The notes under the pieces are model-generated. The model was given only the letters and a program-made list of their open reading frames with translations, had not been told where the DNA came from and did not search any database. A stretch of 63,405 nucleotides of DNA, the filler included, from Lenisia limosa (lineage: Eukaryota; Protista; Breviatea): NCBI GenBank assembly GCA_001655205.1. It is 16 parts of 16 records of this genome, joined end to end, with 100 filler letters (N's around TTAATTAATTAA, not from the genome) between each part and the next. Parts side by side here need not be neighbours in the genome. Positions count along the whole stretch, not along the records: positions 45,315 to 46,907 come from LPNZ01000734.1; positions 47,008 to 52,036 come from LPNZ01002157.1; positions 52,137 to 55,038 come from LPNZ01007987.1; positions 55,139 to 60,643 come from LPNZ01003025.1; 12 more parts are not named here. One strand, given 5' to 3'. Position numbers and translations under genes: made by a program. This document shows, piece by piece, positions 46,487 through 59,029 of the stretch. Within the stretch, counting starts at the first letter, position 1, and each line of letters starts with the position of its first letter.

Positions 46487-47093
46487 GGAAAGTCAATGTA
46501 GTTCAGTTTGTTTATGGTCACCCTTTTCTTAGTTTGTTTTTGTTTTGTATTCCAGGTCTAATCTCAGTTTTTTTTTGTACTGTATTGTTTTTTTTTGAGA
46601 ATTGGGAAATGTTGAACCCCACTCAGGACTAATGACACGGGAAAGAGGTCTCCGCATTAATTGGGAAATTTGAAGTGAGAACCAAGAGTTCAATGGATCG
46701 ATTAGTTTCACGAGAACACCATTTTAGACACGTTTCAGATGTACCGATGGGTAAAAAGCATATGATGCTGCTATTATCCCGTTAAATATAATCGGTGGAT
46801 GGGACAACATCAGTACCACACTCAGATTGGACCCTAAGTTGCAGAGAAACATTAATCAAAAGAAACATTTGGGCGGTTACCAACAAGTCTAGGGGAGGAG
46901 GCGGCGGNNNNNNNNNNNNNNNNNNNNNNNNNNNNNNNNNNNNNNNNNNNNTTAATTAATTAANNNNNNNNNNNNNNNNNNNNNNNNNNNNNNNNNNNNN
47001 NNNNNNNCTCCAACTGGGTGTCTCCTTAGCCACAGACCGAAAGTGTGTTCAAAACTTTTTCCCCGTAGCATCAAGGCGCATTGACTTGGGAGT

Positions 47094-47190
47094 GGGGCTT
47101 AACTTCGGTTCGAAAAAGACTGATACAATCTCGATAGTTTTCGTGAATTCATCGAGAAATTCAGTCTTTTTTGAACCGAAGTGAAGCGCT
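47094..47190. mobile_element. MITE family A nested in MITE family D (47075-47233)
   Basis: acttgggagt|ggggcttaac...gtgaagcgct|atttgggagt; the duplicated target is part of the family D TIR. Confidence 0.85.
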
Positions 47191-47793
47191 ATTTGGGAGT
47201 CCTATTATTTACATGGGAATTCCAAGTCGATCAGTAAGGTTTGGGCTAATTCGGCCAGTGTTACCCTCTTTTAGTATAAATAGAGGTGCTAATAGTGCAC
47301 CCTTTGATGCACTTTTCTCATCGTTATCGGGTGACCTTGCTGTATTAATAGTGGTTTTCAATAACACCCAATTATTAACTGCTGCAGTCGCACTGTCCTT
47401 CGGCACCCCATAAAAGATGTGACGAAATCGTGACGTGAGCGGGGAGTATAGGGATCATGAGAGGAAATGATGGAGGGGGGGTGAGAAGATGGGGAGATGG
47501 AGGAAGTATGATGTGATTGGTTTCAGAGTTGCCTGAATTTTTTGATGGGATATCTAACTATATTGGTCAAGCAAGACTTACCACAGACACCTATATCGGC
47601 ATTACTAAAACTTCACTTCCAGTTTCGTGAGACATGTAAACTATATTAAATATAAAAATGAGAAATAGCTTTCTCCCCATATAAGATACTGTTCAAGGTA
47701 AACAATTCTATCTGTGAACCCTAGTAAAACTCATATTTCAAGCATTCTGACTGAAGCGTCACTCCAAATCCCTGGTAACTTTATAGTGTTAGC

Positions 47794-48403
47794 ATGCCTG
47801 GCTGTGGCTGCAGCATCGACGTGAAGTGCTACCAACTTTGCCAGAGAATCCCCGAGAACGTTCGTCACCTTGTGGACGACTTCAATATGGTGAGAGTGAG
47901 GTGCTATATTTATTCTTCTCTAACTGCAGTTATCACCCCCCACCACGAACACCAGAAGAGGTCTTCTACCTATCTAATCACTCCCCTAACATAGAAACAT
48001 ACATCAGTGTTTATTTTATCTTTTTGAATTATTATTTTATTTTTTTTTTCGTAAATTTTCCCATTTTACTCAAATATATATACTCACACATTCACCCCTC
48101 CCCCAGATGAACTATGTTGACAAGTCGACCCTCCCCGAGTGCCTCAAACCGGTCAAATGCGGCGAATGTGGCATGGGCGGCAATTTGCCCTGTACAACGT
48201 GGGGGCGGAAAATTAGAAAGATGTGAAATCACTTTATTGTCTCATTTCACATTTCATGCAATCCTCCACTTCACACCCCCCTTCCTTCGGTTTTTTTTGT
48301 TGTTGTTGTATTATAAATTATCCCACTTTACACCTCCTTCAGACCCGACATTATTCTGTGTCCGCCCTGTGCTGAAGCCTGGAAGAAGAAATATGAGCTG
48401 TAA
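47794..48403 (+). CDS. 3' part of a small Cys-rich (zinc-binding-like) protein
   Basis: Exons CGCSIDVKCYQLCQRIPENVRHLVDDFNM | MNYVDKSTLPECLKPVKCGECGMGGNLP | DIILCPPCAEAWKKKYEL* (TAA 48401-48403). Confidence 0.5.
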
Positions 48404-49495
48404 TGTTAGTGTAAATGTAAATTAGATAGATAGAGCATTTTGAATTGTAGAGCGGACATGATGGAGCAAGCTGTAATATTTGGTTGTATACACATAGGTT
48501 CTGACGCGGATATTGAGCTTTTTCTTGTCGATAGTTTTAGGACTTATCGCGGTCAGTGAGCCTTTATTGGATGTTTTTAGAAACAACCTTCTAATGTAAA
48601 AAAACCAAACCAACTGATAGGAACATTATAAACAGAAAATGTTTCTTATTTCAAAGAAGGAAAATTCATTCCGTGATTATACCTTTTAAAAGGACAAATC
48701 GAAAATCTTGATGTTTTGGTTTTTTTGATTGTGAGATTTTGGTGAAAGGCGGAAATAACATATTCGTGATGTTTTTGTCGCATGATGCTGCTAGCAAACC
48801 AGTATCTAGCGTTTCACTCGGCTCTAAAAGATTGAACTTGATAAATTCTCGATAAATACTGAAATTTCACATGTCTTTTGTAAACAAAGTGAAGCTCTTC
48901 CAGTCGAACCCAGATATCTACAACGCAATGAGATATGAAAAAAGTAAAATAGTGGATTTCCTTGAAAGGGAATCCGAAGTAGCAATCTAAAGAAGTTTAT
49001 GGGATTCCAGCCATACCGAGGGATCCCGTTGCTCCACTGTGATGGTGAGCAAAAAGCGTAGTCGATAAACTCATTAGTGAAGTAAGAGGTATTGCTTGGA
49101 ATAGAGCAAGTCAAATAGTAAACAGGACCAAAAATAAGGGTGTGCTCATCAAGGTTCTTTGTTATGATTACTCTGCTTCCTTATCCTTGCCCTTTCGTCT
49201 CCTCTTCGCCCCCTCCCCCTCTTCTTTTTCATAACCACCCTATCAGAGCACGCTTTGATTAGGAAATATAATTACATTGTGACATTGTGTACATTCTTTA
49301 ACCCAGACCACTTCAACCTATTCTAGGCAGCCGACATTCCGAAGATACGCGGTTTCTGACTTTCTATTTCTGTTGGCCAATCTAGGGGGGGGGGGGTAAA
49401 TGGCCATTAATATTCATCGAGAAAATAATTGTATTTTTTATGGGCTAGAATTATTAACAAAGGCAGTCCCTACTATGTCCCAGGTAAAGTCCCAC

Positions 49496-50296
49496 AGAAT
49501 TGACGTTCCGGTCAGCTCCAGCCTCAACCAAAAGTCGGCAACAGTCCGTATGTCCGCCGTAGGCAGCCCAGTGAAGGGGCCTCAGGCTGCTCTGAGGGGT
49601 TTAATGGCCGTTCACTCAGTAAGTTCAGCAGATGAAGCAGTAAGCTGATAACCCACAAATCCTCCTCTAGTATCTAAGTTAGCGCCACTTTGGATCATAT
49701 ATTGGACACCTTTCGAATGCCCCTCCAAAGCAGCCTCATGAAGGGCAGTGCAGTCGTTCTGAGGAAATGAGGAAGAGGGCGCCCTGGTCAAAATGGAAAT
49801 TGTACTTTACAATCTGGCAATAAAGGAGGGAACAAGAAGACCAAAAAAAAAAAAGTTCTCACCTTGTCCTTCGCATTGATGTCCTTTCCAAGGTCGACCA
49901 GATACTATTCACTCTGGGCAGCAAGATGGAGGAGTGAATCGCCATCCTGGAGGGTGAACGAGTATAACACGGTGTTAGCTGCAAAATGTGTGAATATAAA
50001 AATCTGCAGGTCTAAGAATCGTTTCATTATTTGGATAGGCACAGACTGTATACTATCTCTTGCGGTAAATATGGCTGATGTGTAATATAGATTTGTGTTG
50101 TTTGCTCATTTTATATTCCACAGATTCCTCTCCTGAACCGTACAAGGGTATTTATATTCTGAAACGAATCTCTAGCAGCTAATAACTATAACTCCCTACC
50201 CGGCTCTTCATATTGACGTCCACCACGTTCAACCAGATACTGTACAGTCTCACGGGATCCACTCTGAGTTGCAAGCTGGAGGAGCGAGTCGCCATT
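49496..50296 (-). CDS. Ankyrin-repeat exons, partly degenerate
   Basis: NGDSLLQLATQSGSRETVQYLVERG; DGDSLLHLAAQSE*YLVDLGKDINAKDK; NDCTALHEAALEGHSKGVQYMIQSGANLD; SSLRPLHWAAYGGHTDCCRLLVEAGAD (49496-49591). Confidence 0.8.
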
Positions 50297-50979
50297 CTGG
50301 AAGGTGAACAAATGATTAGAACGAAGATAATTGTGCAATGTGTAAACAAAATCAAGGGAAATATTAAGCCCAAGGTCGTTTCATTATCGGGGAGGTGGGG
50401 GGGGGGGGGGGNNNNNNNNNNNNNNNNNNNNNNNNNNNNNNNNNNNNNNNNNNNNNNNNNNNNNNNNNNNNNNNNNNNNNNNNNNNNNNNNNNNNNNNNN
50501 NNTGAACCATTTACTTACCCACAAACCGTCTGCGTTCTGAGAAAGAACTGCGTGGTAGGCCTTGAATAATGGTTCAAGTGGGGCCACCTAAAAAGCGTCA
50601 GAAATAAAAGTTGAATATTTTGACCAGTTCTAAACCCGGACCTTCATATTTCAAAATATATATTCCTCATAATATTGTTCAGTGTTATTCGTCTCCCTAC
50701 TGTCCGATATAAAGCTGGATTTTTCGAATCCTCTATTAATGTCCAGACTTTTCACAGGCCATAGGTAAACAAATGTTATTAATATTAATAAATACTTTCA
50801 CGAGTATCAAAATGGACGAAATATACTCAACAATCGGAGGGTTTACGTCCCTTATTATTTGCATCATCTTGTAGAGCAAGAAATTATTGAGCCTTTTGCA
50901 TGAATCTTGAAATTGACTATTGTAAGGTTACTGGGTTTGGGTTCCTGTTGAGAGTTATTGCAGGTTTATTACGTACAAC

Positions 50980-51074
50980 AGGGCTTCACTGTTACAAAAA
51001 GATCGGAAAACCATCGAAATATATCGATGATTTATCGAGTAATTCAGGCATTGTCTGGATCGGGGTGAGGCCAT
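50980..51074. mobile_element. MITE family A copy with a 9-bp TSD
   Basis: acgtacaac|agggcttcac...gtgaggccat|aggtacaac. Confidence 0.7.
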
Positions 51075-52634
51075 AGGTACAACCAATAGGAGAGAAGACA
51101 GCAATAGAATAACTTGTAAAATTGAATCCCCACGTTATGGAAAATATTACAGGATGTAGGGGCTCCGTGCAATTAATTTTTTTGAGGAAACTATTTGACA
51201 AAATTTGAAATTAAAGAGTCTGCAATAGAGTTCTCCTTATAATATGTCCGACCTCAAATTTTGAAATTAATGACAATAAATTCACACCTCTCATCTCGGG
51301 AGTCTGCGTAGGGGCTGGAGAGGTGCGGGCAGGGTTTTGTCCTTCTTTTTGGTTGTTACCAAAACCAATAAACTGGGGGCACAGTTTTTGTAGCTGTTTG
51401 GGGGCGTCTGAAATGATGATGAGAACAGCTGGGGCTCAAAAATCAAGTATGTAAAAAAAACGTAATTTCCCTCGTTATATTGGATGTTGGAACTGTCGAA
51501 GCAGCGGAAAACATATTTATCAAATCATTTAGGGCATTGCCATATATATTATAGTATCTACATTTTTTGGCCTCAAACATAGCCCCCATACCCGATTGAA
51601 ATGTTATTAAATACATTATATATACAAGGTCAAATATGACATACCCCCATTGAATACAAATTATATATCATTTATTGCTTCATTCACCCACACTGCAGTG
51701 ATGGTTTAACGTTTGGGTGTGGCATTGAACTTGACCACAGACGGGATGGGGAGTGTTGGGGATGTCCAGCATGGAGAGCGCGAAGACACCATTTTTGGAG
51801 AACTGAGATGCCTTGACTCAGGGTTTGGGTTGTTTATAGTAAGTATCTCACTGCCTGTGCGTGGTGCGGGAGGTGGTTTGTGCCCCGGCGCGTAACGACT
51901 GATAGAAGTTGTTCAATGACACAACTAGCAATCTCAAAATATCAAAATATCTAAAAAAAATTGCTTTTAAAGAACCTTGCGCCTGCGCCCGGGAAAAATA
52001 TAGGGATTTCTTTCTAGACCAAACAACCCACCCGCCNNNNNNNNNNNNNNNNNNNNNNNNNNNNNNNNNNNNNNNNNNNNTTAATTAATTAANNNNNNNN
52101 NNNNNNNNNNNNNNNNNNNNNNNNNNNNNNNNNNNNCAATAGTATTCCACACCATTCCCATCATCAAAGATGACATCTAATCAGAAACCATAACTTCTTT
52201 CGTTTTTATCATTTCTATTTTATTTCTATTTAACAACCTAATTTCCCCCATTTTCCTCCTTTCTACACACACATACCCATCATAGCATATTCACCCCAAC
52301 ACCACCACCTTGCTTCCAATCAAAAATAGTAATTTTAAGTAAGCTGGAGTAATGGGATGCGGTNNNNNNNNNNNNNNNNNNNNNNNNNNNNNNNNNNNNN
52401 NNNNNNNNNNNNNNNNNNNNNNNNNNNNNNNNNNNNNNNNNNNNNNNNNNNNNNNNNNNNNNNNNNNNNNNNNNNNNNNNNNNNNNNNNNNNNNNNNNNN
52501 NNNNNNNNNNNNNNNNNNNNNNNNNNNNNNNNNNNNNNNNNNNNNNNNNNNNNNNNNNNNNNNNNNNNNNNNNNNNNNNNNNNNNNNNNNNNNNNNNNNN
52601 NNNNNNNNNNNNTATCAATTTCAGGGCGATAAAA

Positions 52635-52713
52635 TACTGACCGCGATAAGTCCAGACGCGGATATTGAGCTTTATCTTGAGTCCATGTTGTCAAGACCTA
52701 TCGCGGTCACTGT
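52635..52713. mobile_element. MITE family C variant
   Basis: ctgaccgcgataagtccagac...gtcaagacctatcgcggtcactg|TA; related segment at 48500-48558. Confidence 0.7.
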
Positions 52714-53013
52714 ACATTAAATTTAAATGCAATGACGTGATACGTTATAATACTCTGGTAAACATTATTACACCAGCCACTGTTTTTTTTTNNNNNNNNN
52801 NNNNNNNNNNNNNNNNNNNNNNNNNNNNNNNNNNNNNNNNNNNNNNNNNNNNNNNNNNNNNNNNNNNNNNGGCCAGATACTTTCAATATTCTTCAAAGAA
52901 ATATCATCTTTATCCACCATTATGGTCATAAATCCCTCTTTTCATCTCTTATCCCCTTCCCCCCACAGGTCTCGCTCCCCCCGTCGTAGCCGTTCTCCCC
53001 GCGGGTAAGCATG

Positions 53014-53114
53014 AGGGCTTGCTTCCCTACGTTCCCAAAAAGACTGCATTTCGCGATAAATTCTCGATAAATATCGATATTTTGATAGTCTTTTTCGGAC
53101 CGAAGGGAAGCCCT
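53014..53114. mobile_element. MITE subfamily A2 copy
   Basis: agggcttgcttccctacgttcccaaaaagac...gtctttttcggaccgaagggaagccct. Confidence 0.85.
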
Positions 53115-53569
53115 AGTTATTTGAAAGCTGTGTTTATTTTTTAATGTTCCTTCAGAGTCTTTCCATCTTTTTTTGAGATTAATATGAAGTAATATATTCA
53201 TTTATTTTCCTATCCCACATCTCCAGGTCTCGCTCTCCCCGTCGCTCCGCTTCCCCCCGCCCTGCCAAGGAAGAGTTTGTGGGCCCTTAGTGTGAATTAT
53301 AGGGCTTCACTTCGATTCGAAAAAAAGACTGAAAGTGCTTTTTTATTATTATTATTTATATTTATTATTTTTATTATTTTTATTGTTTTATTTGTTGTTA
53401 TTATTTTTTTATTATTTTTTTTTATATTTAATTTGACATTCCAGTACTCGTGACGCCACTCCTGAGAAGAAGGAGAGGTGAGGGGGGGGAGGGGGACAAG
53501 AAGAGCAGGTGCTTTGAAACAAAGAAATAAGGCGAATGGGCGAGGTATGATATTATAATATTTTTTATT

Positions 53570-53651
53570 TACGAAGCGACTGGCTAGTTGATTTCGGGCT
53601 TTTTTGTTTTGGTTTTGTTTCATCAATTTCCAATTTTACCCCCCCCCCCCC
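53570..53651 (+). repeat. Family E copy, internally deleted
   Basis: gaagcgactggctagttgatttcgggc...gtttcatcaatttccaattttac-C-run. Confidence 0.75.
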
Positions 53652-54078
53652 NNNNNNNNNNNNNNNNNNNNNNNNNNNNNNNNNNNNNNNNNNNNNNNNN
53701 NNNNNNNNTTTAATGTATCTGAAAGTATAATGCGCGGGGTGGGGCAATATCTCTCAAGCGTGATGGTGTGGACGGCTTAAAAAAAATGCTCGACCGTCTG
53801 AAAATGCCATGATGAAGTGTTTGAGAGCTGGTTGGGCTGCAATTGTCATAGAGTAGCTGTGTTTATTATTTGATTCCATGCCCCGCTATTTTCAGGCTGT
53901 GATTGATGCAAAAGTCGGCCCAACCAAGTATTTATTTTCCAATATAGTGAAATTTAGTGTATTTTTTGTGCCCATCAAATATACAGATATTTTTGTTGAA
54001 ACTATTGAAGAAAATATTTCATATTTTACCTTCGAATTGATTGGCTTTTTTCTCTGACGTCTCCTCTCATTTCACCAG

Positions 54079-54160
54079 ATCGGCAGTACACAGCCCTTCA
54101 CTTGGCTGCTCTGAATGGACATTTAGAATATGTCCAATATTTGGTCGAAAGTGGCGCTTA
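54079..54160 (+). pseudogene. Single ankyrin exon ending in a stop
   Basis: AG|..RQYTALHLAALNGHLEYVQYLVESGA*. Confidence 0.7.
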
Positions 54161-55509
54161 GTAATATAATATTTTTTTGCAAATCCAAGTGTACTTTTTT
54201 TGCGGGGGGAGTGGGCTCAGAAAGTGAATTTCTCGATGAACCGACAATAAAACCTCCATTTATGTATAATTTTGATGGTCTTTTCGGACCGGGAGAGCAA
54301 GTACATTTTTTTTATTTGATGAGTTGGTGTCACAAGTTTGGAAATTAATGTTTCATCCAGAGTTTCAACATTTTAAGAGATTATCAACCACCAGCAAATC
54401 CCAAACCCTAAGATCCACCCAATTCTAAATCTAAAGGCTATCGGGAGTTTGAAGTCGCGCATCCATGGAATAACATGTAGTTGCAAGCAACTTTGCTCAG
54501 AGTTGATAGCAGGTCAAAAACACAGCACGCCCCAATTCAGTACTGCTGCAGCGTTGTTGTCTTAGCACTTCGGTTATCAAGAAAATGACGTTGAAACACC
54601 TCTCAATGGAAGTACAAATGTAAGGTAAAATTAAACAAAGAATCCAAGTCAACTCTGCATTTAAACACATGGGATAAGTAAAACAACAACCCAGGCTAGT
54701 CGATGCAACACCCGCATCACATCGGCCAGGTACAACCTTGTTGTAGTCCATCTGACCGTTTAATAAAAAGCAAATAGAAAGAAAATACATGTGGATGAAG
54801 TCTACACACAACTAACAAGAAAAATAGTAAGAAGAGTCGAGCAAAACAATATCAAAACAGAATGAAAACTAAACAGAGAATTCGTCGCTGCCGGTCCGGG
54901 CAGCATGGGCGGCTTGGAGGCTTCTCTTCGACTCCAGCTCCTCAGTGGCCTGTTTGAGCGTATGCGCCAAACGCAACTTCTCACGTTCGGCCTTACTCTG
55001 CGTTGTTAGGCGGGATAAAAGAACATGGGGGGGGGGGGNNNNNNNNNNNNNNNNNNNNNNNNNNNNNNNNNNNNNNNNNNNNTTAATTAATTAANNNNNN
55101 NNNNNNNNNNNNNNNNNNNNNNNNNNNNNNNNNNNNNNACTTAAAGATGGGCAGGATAAACCAGGATATTTTTTGCACGAGAAATAATGAGCATGAGAAA
55201 TGACGAACATGAGAACTAACGAACCAGAAAGAAACTGTCGCGATTCTACCCGGGCCGTGTTTCGAAGACGGCGGAGGTCGATTCAATAGGCTTCTTCCTT
55301 GCAAAGTTTGTCAAGCTCTAGTTCTCTGGCAAAGTTTGTTAAATCTGTTTCTTTGTTGTAGTATCGAGAACACAGATGAAGTAAAAATTGAGTTATCAAT
55401 AATAATAATAATAATAATAATAAGAGCTTATGGAATAAGCCCCTTTGCGAAAAAGAGCAAGTGTTTTTTTTTGTTAAGACGTCGGCGACGACAACAGATG
55501 GCCGTGATT

Positions 55510-55602
55510 AGGGATTCGTTGGTTCGAAATTAGACTGAATTTCTGAGAATCCTCGAAAACTATTGATATTTTATCGGTTTTTTTCCGACCCAATAAAACC
55601 CT
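55510..55602. mobile_element. Diverged MITE family A copy
   Basis: ggccgtgatt|agggattc...aaaccct|agccttgata (7/10). Confidence 0.7.
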
Positions 55603-56339
55603 AGCCTTGATAAGTCAAAATTAATATTGATACAAAGAAACAGAAATCAAAACAATCGATCTTTAGATCGTTCTAGTAAACACCTGGTCACCAGAGGTCA
55701 CGACCTGGACCGGGGTTTCGGGGGTGAAATCATGGAGGACTGCGGGCTACTATCGTAAACCCATGAATTTGTGATGAAAAGGCGCAAAAGTGAAATACCA
55801 AAGGAGTTCAATAGCGTAAATGTCCGTGAATTTGTGATGGGAATGAAAAATGTGATACCACAAGCAGCGCTTCAGGGTCAAAAATACAGACACATTGTCA
55901 ATAAATCCTCGAAATCTTATCACTTTTTGGATCATTTTCACATGTGTATGTGAAGTATCATTGTCCACGAAGTGATATGATACCTCGTATTTACTCGGTA
56001 GTGCTGATATTATTAGGAAGTGAGTCTGGGTTTTTGGACCTCCCTGAAGGGCCTCACCCGGGTCGGGCACACTGAAAACAAGGCCACTTTACAATAACTG
56101 TTTTTACGTCATAGCTCAATCTTATTTATCCATAGACCCAACTTATATTTGTTGTTAATAGTTATTATACTCTACCTAAAAATAGTGTAAACCCTTTGAA
56201 AGTAAAACTAATCCCGAACAACTCACCAATGCTGTTTGTCCGCCAGTTTTACAGGACAGTTCAGCCGACGACGTTTGGCTCGGAGCAATAATACTGAAAA
56301 CTGACGTGGGGCTTGTAGGTGCTGAAACCATCAGGGCAG

Positions 56340-56435
56340 TAAAATTGGAAAATTTATGACGCAAAAAAAAAGCCCAAAATCAGCTCTGTTGGCTGACAGC
56401 ACCCAAGGGTTGAAACAACAAAACAAAGCCCAGAG
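56340..56435 (-). repeat. Family E full-length copy
   Basis: Reverse complement: gggctttgttttgttgtttcaacccttgggtgctgtcagccaacagagctgattttgggc..cataaattttccaattttac. Confidence 0.8.
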
Positions 56436-57307
56436 GGCCAAATTCTCCCCAAGACTAATCCACTACTCTACACACACAAAAGTGAACCTTCGATAATGAC
56501 AAAAGTCTATTATTACCCCCCCCCCCAACCNNNNNNNNNNNNNNNNNNNNNNNNNNNNNNNNNNNNNNNNNNNNNNNNNNNNAGTGGGTACAGCACCACC
56601 CGGGAAGTTGGTCACTTGCAGCGGTGAGGTCTGGGTAGTTAGTAATTGATGGGAAAATATTCACTGATAAAGTTGTCACTAAAAATCCAGCCAGCACCTG
56701 TGGTTAAAAAGAAATATGCTAACAAAATATGGTAAAACAGCAAAAAACAATCATTGTGATACACACAAAAAGACACGCACATCGAAATCATGAGTCATTT
56801 TAGATAACACAAGAAAATACACCCAATAAAAAAATTAGGGCTTTGTGCAATTAATTTATTGTAAAAAATAATTGACAAAATTTGAAATTAAAGGAGTTTA
56901 CATTACAATATATCGCACTTCAAGTTGTGCAATTATTTGTTCAAATAATTGCACAGAACTCTAAAAAAAATACACGGTCACAAGTCATGTGTCATATTAG
57001 ATAACAAGAAAATACATCCAATAAAAACAATAAATAAGACAAGGGTCAACATTGCCCCACAAACAATATCCGCAGAGAGTCCAGTTTGTCCGACTCCCGA
57101 CATCATACCGCACATGTACACTTTCAGATCGGCTAAAAGGGTCAAATCCCACTAAAAAGACCATAATATTCGAAAAAACCTCTACAAACCCTCAATAAGA
57201 ACACCACAATACAGTAGTAAATTTGAAAGGTTACATAATATCCTTTTCGATGTTAAAGTAACCGTAAAGGGTTTCATGTGCCCTATAAAAATGTGAAGGA
57301 TGCCACT

Positions 57308-57380
57308 GGTGCTTCACTCCGGTCCGAAAAAGACCGGTGACTTATCGAGAAATCCAGTATTTAGGCCGAAGTGAAGCCCT
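57308..57380. mobile_element. MITE family A copy, internally deleted
   Basis: ggtgcttcactccggtccgaaaaagacc...ggccgaagtgaagccct. Confidence 0.8.
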
Positions 57381-59029
57381 AAATATCCCGTCAATATCCC
57401 CGGGTACTGGTGATGAACGCACACGCTCCGCTGGAGCATGCAGCTTCCTCGACCTTCCCGTTTAGCTCCGTGAAGTCAAGCTGGGGGTAAGGGAGGGGGG
57501 GGGGNNNNNNNNNNNNNNNNNNNNNNNNNNNNNNNNNNNNNNNNNNNNNNNNNNNNNNNNNNNNNNNNNNNNNNNNNNGGGAGTAAAATTAGAAAATATA
57601 TCATATGAAACAAAAAAGAACTCTGTTGGCTGACAAACATGGGGGTGAGGGGAGGAAAATTGGAAAATTTATGAAAAAAAAAGCTCGTTGATTGGAGGTA
57701 TATGAGGGGGAGTACAACAAAGCTCATGTTTTCTGAAATAGGTGCACATCAAGTATCATCATAAAAGCCAACAGGGAAAAGAAAGTTATATGATGACGTG
57801 GGTATTGCTGGGTCACCACAAGCAAAGAAGCAGAAAAATAAAGAAAAAAAATACAAATGCAAAAGAAAAGCCGAATCACAAACCTGTGTAAACACCTCTG
57901 ATGGCGAAATGCAGTAGCGACTGAAAGTTGACAAGCCCGAAATAATGACGTTCTTGCTTTCTGAAGTGATTGTAAGAGGCTTTTATGAACTGGGGAGGGG
58001 TGGGAGAAAATTCATGAAACAAAACAAAAAACAAACTATGTCGGCCAAATATTAGGTCTTCATTATCATAGTTCTGAGAATTTCAAATGGGAAGTGAGGG
58101 GGGAGTTGGGAAGGAGGAGGGAGGGAAATAAAAACAAAAAAAAGGAAAAGAAAAAAAAAAAAAAAAAAAAANNNNNNNNNNNNNNNNNNNNNNNNNNNNN
58201 NNNNNNNNNNNNNNNNNNTCCATAATACGACGGCGAGAATTTGGCTATGGAATCTCCATCGGTAAACGGCAATTGAACGAGTTTTCGGTCAATGTAGGTC
58301 AAATCTAGGTATGGTTACTGAGGGCGCGGAGGCATGATAATTTGTTTATGGTATCCCTATGTATTTATTTGTTTCCCTAGATTTCTAATGTACTGTAATG
58401 TTTCCCGAACAGTAAACTATCGAAATATATCGCTAAATTATCGAGAAATTCAGTCTGATTTCGAAACGAAGTGAAGCCCTAATGGTGTCTTGAGAATGAA
58501 TAACATATTATGACATCTACTCTCATATACATGTACATAAGGGCTAAGAGCATATCAAGCAATATATTATCATATTGATTCTATTATCCAATAGCTCTTA
58601 GAAGCGTGATGAAGTTGACAGCTTTAGTCAGATACAATATAGAGATGTTATATTTCTTGTCTTTATATACTAGAACTTATCATATACAATGGCTGTGGTC
58701 TTACCTAGCAATAAATTTACCACAGCCAGTGTACAATTGACCGAATTTCACGAGGGATATCCATAGGAAGTCAAGACTTTTCCTGGTCAGTGTATATTAC
58801 ACAACCCGAGTGCATATCATATGAATGTATCTTAGATGGCCGTAATAAAAAGAAACTCCAAAAAATCAATATTCACTTCCGTTTCCAAAAGACTCGATAA
58901 ATATCAATAAGCATCAATATATATATCAAGAATTGTCAATAAAATCAATAAATGCCAGAGATGCAATATCAATAAATGCAATAAATGCAATAAAATAAAC
59001 ATCAATAACTATCAATAACTCTCAAGAAT

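Noticed and set aside
55680-56330. SH3 domains (VLHDFTPE..GDQV; AELSCKTG)
   Set aside because: Only partial motif similarity, without the conserved WW/PxNY elements.
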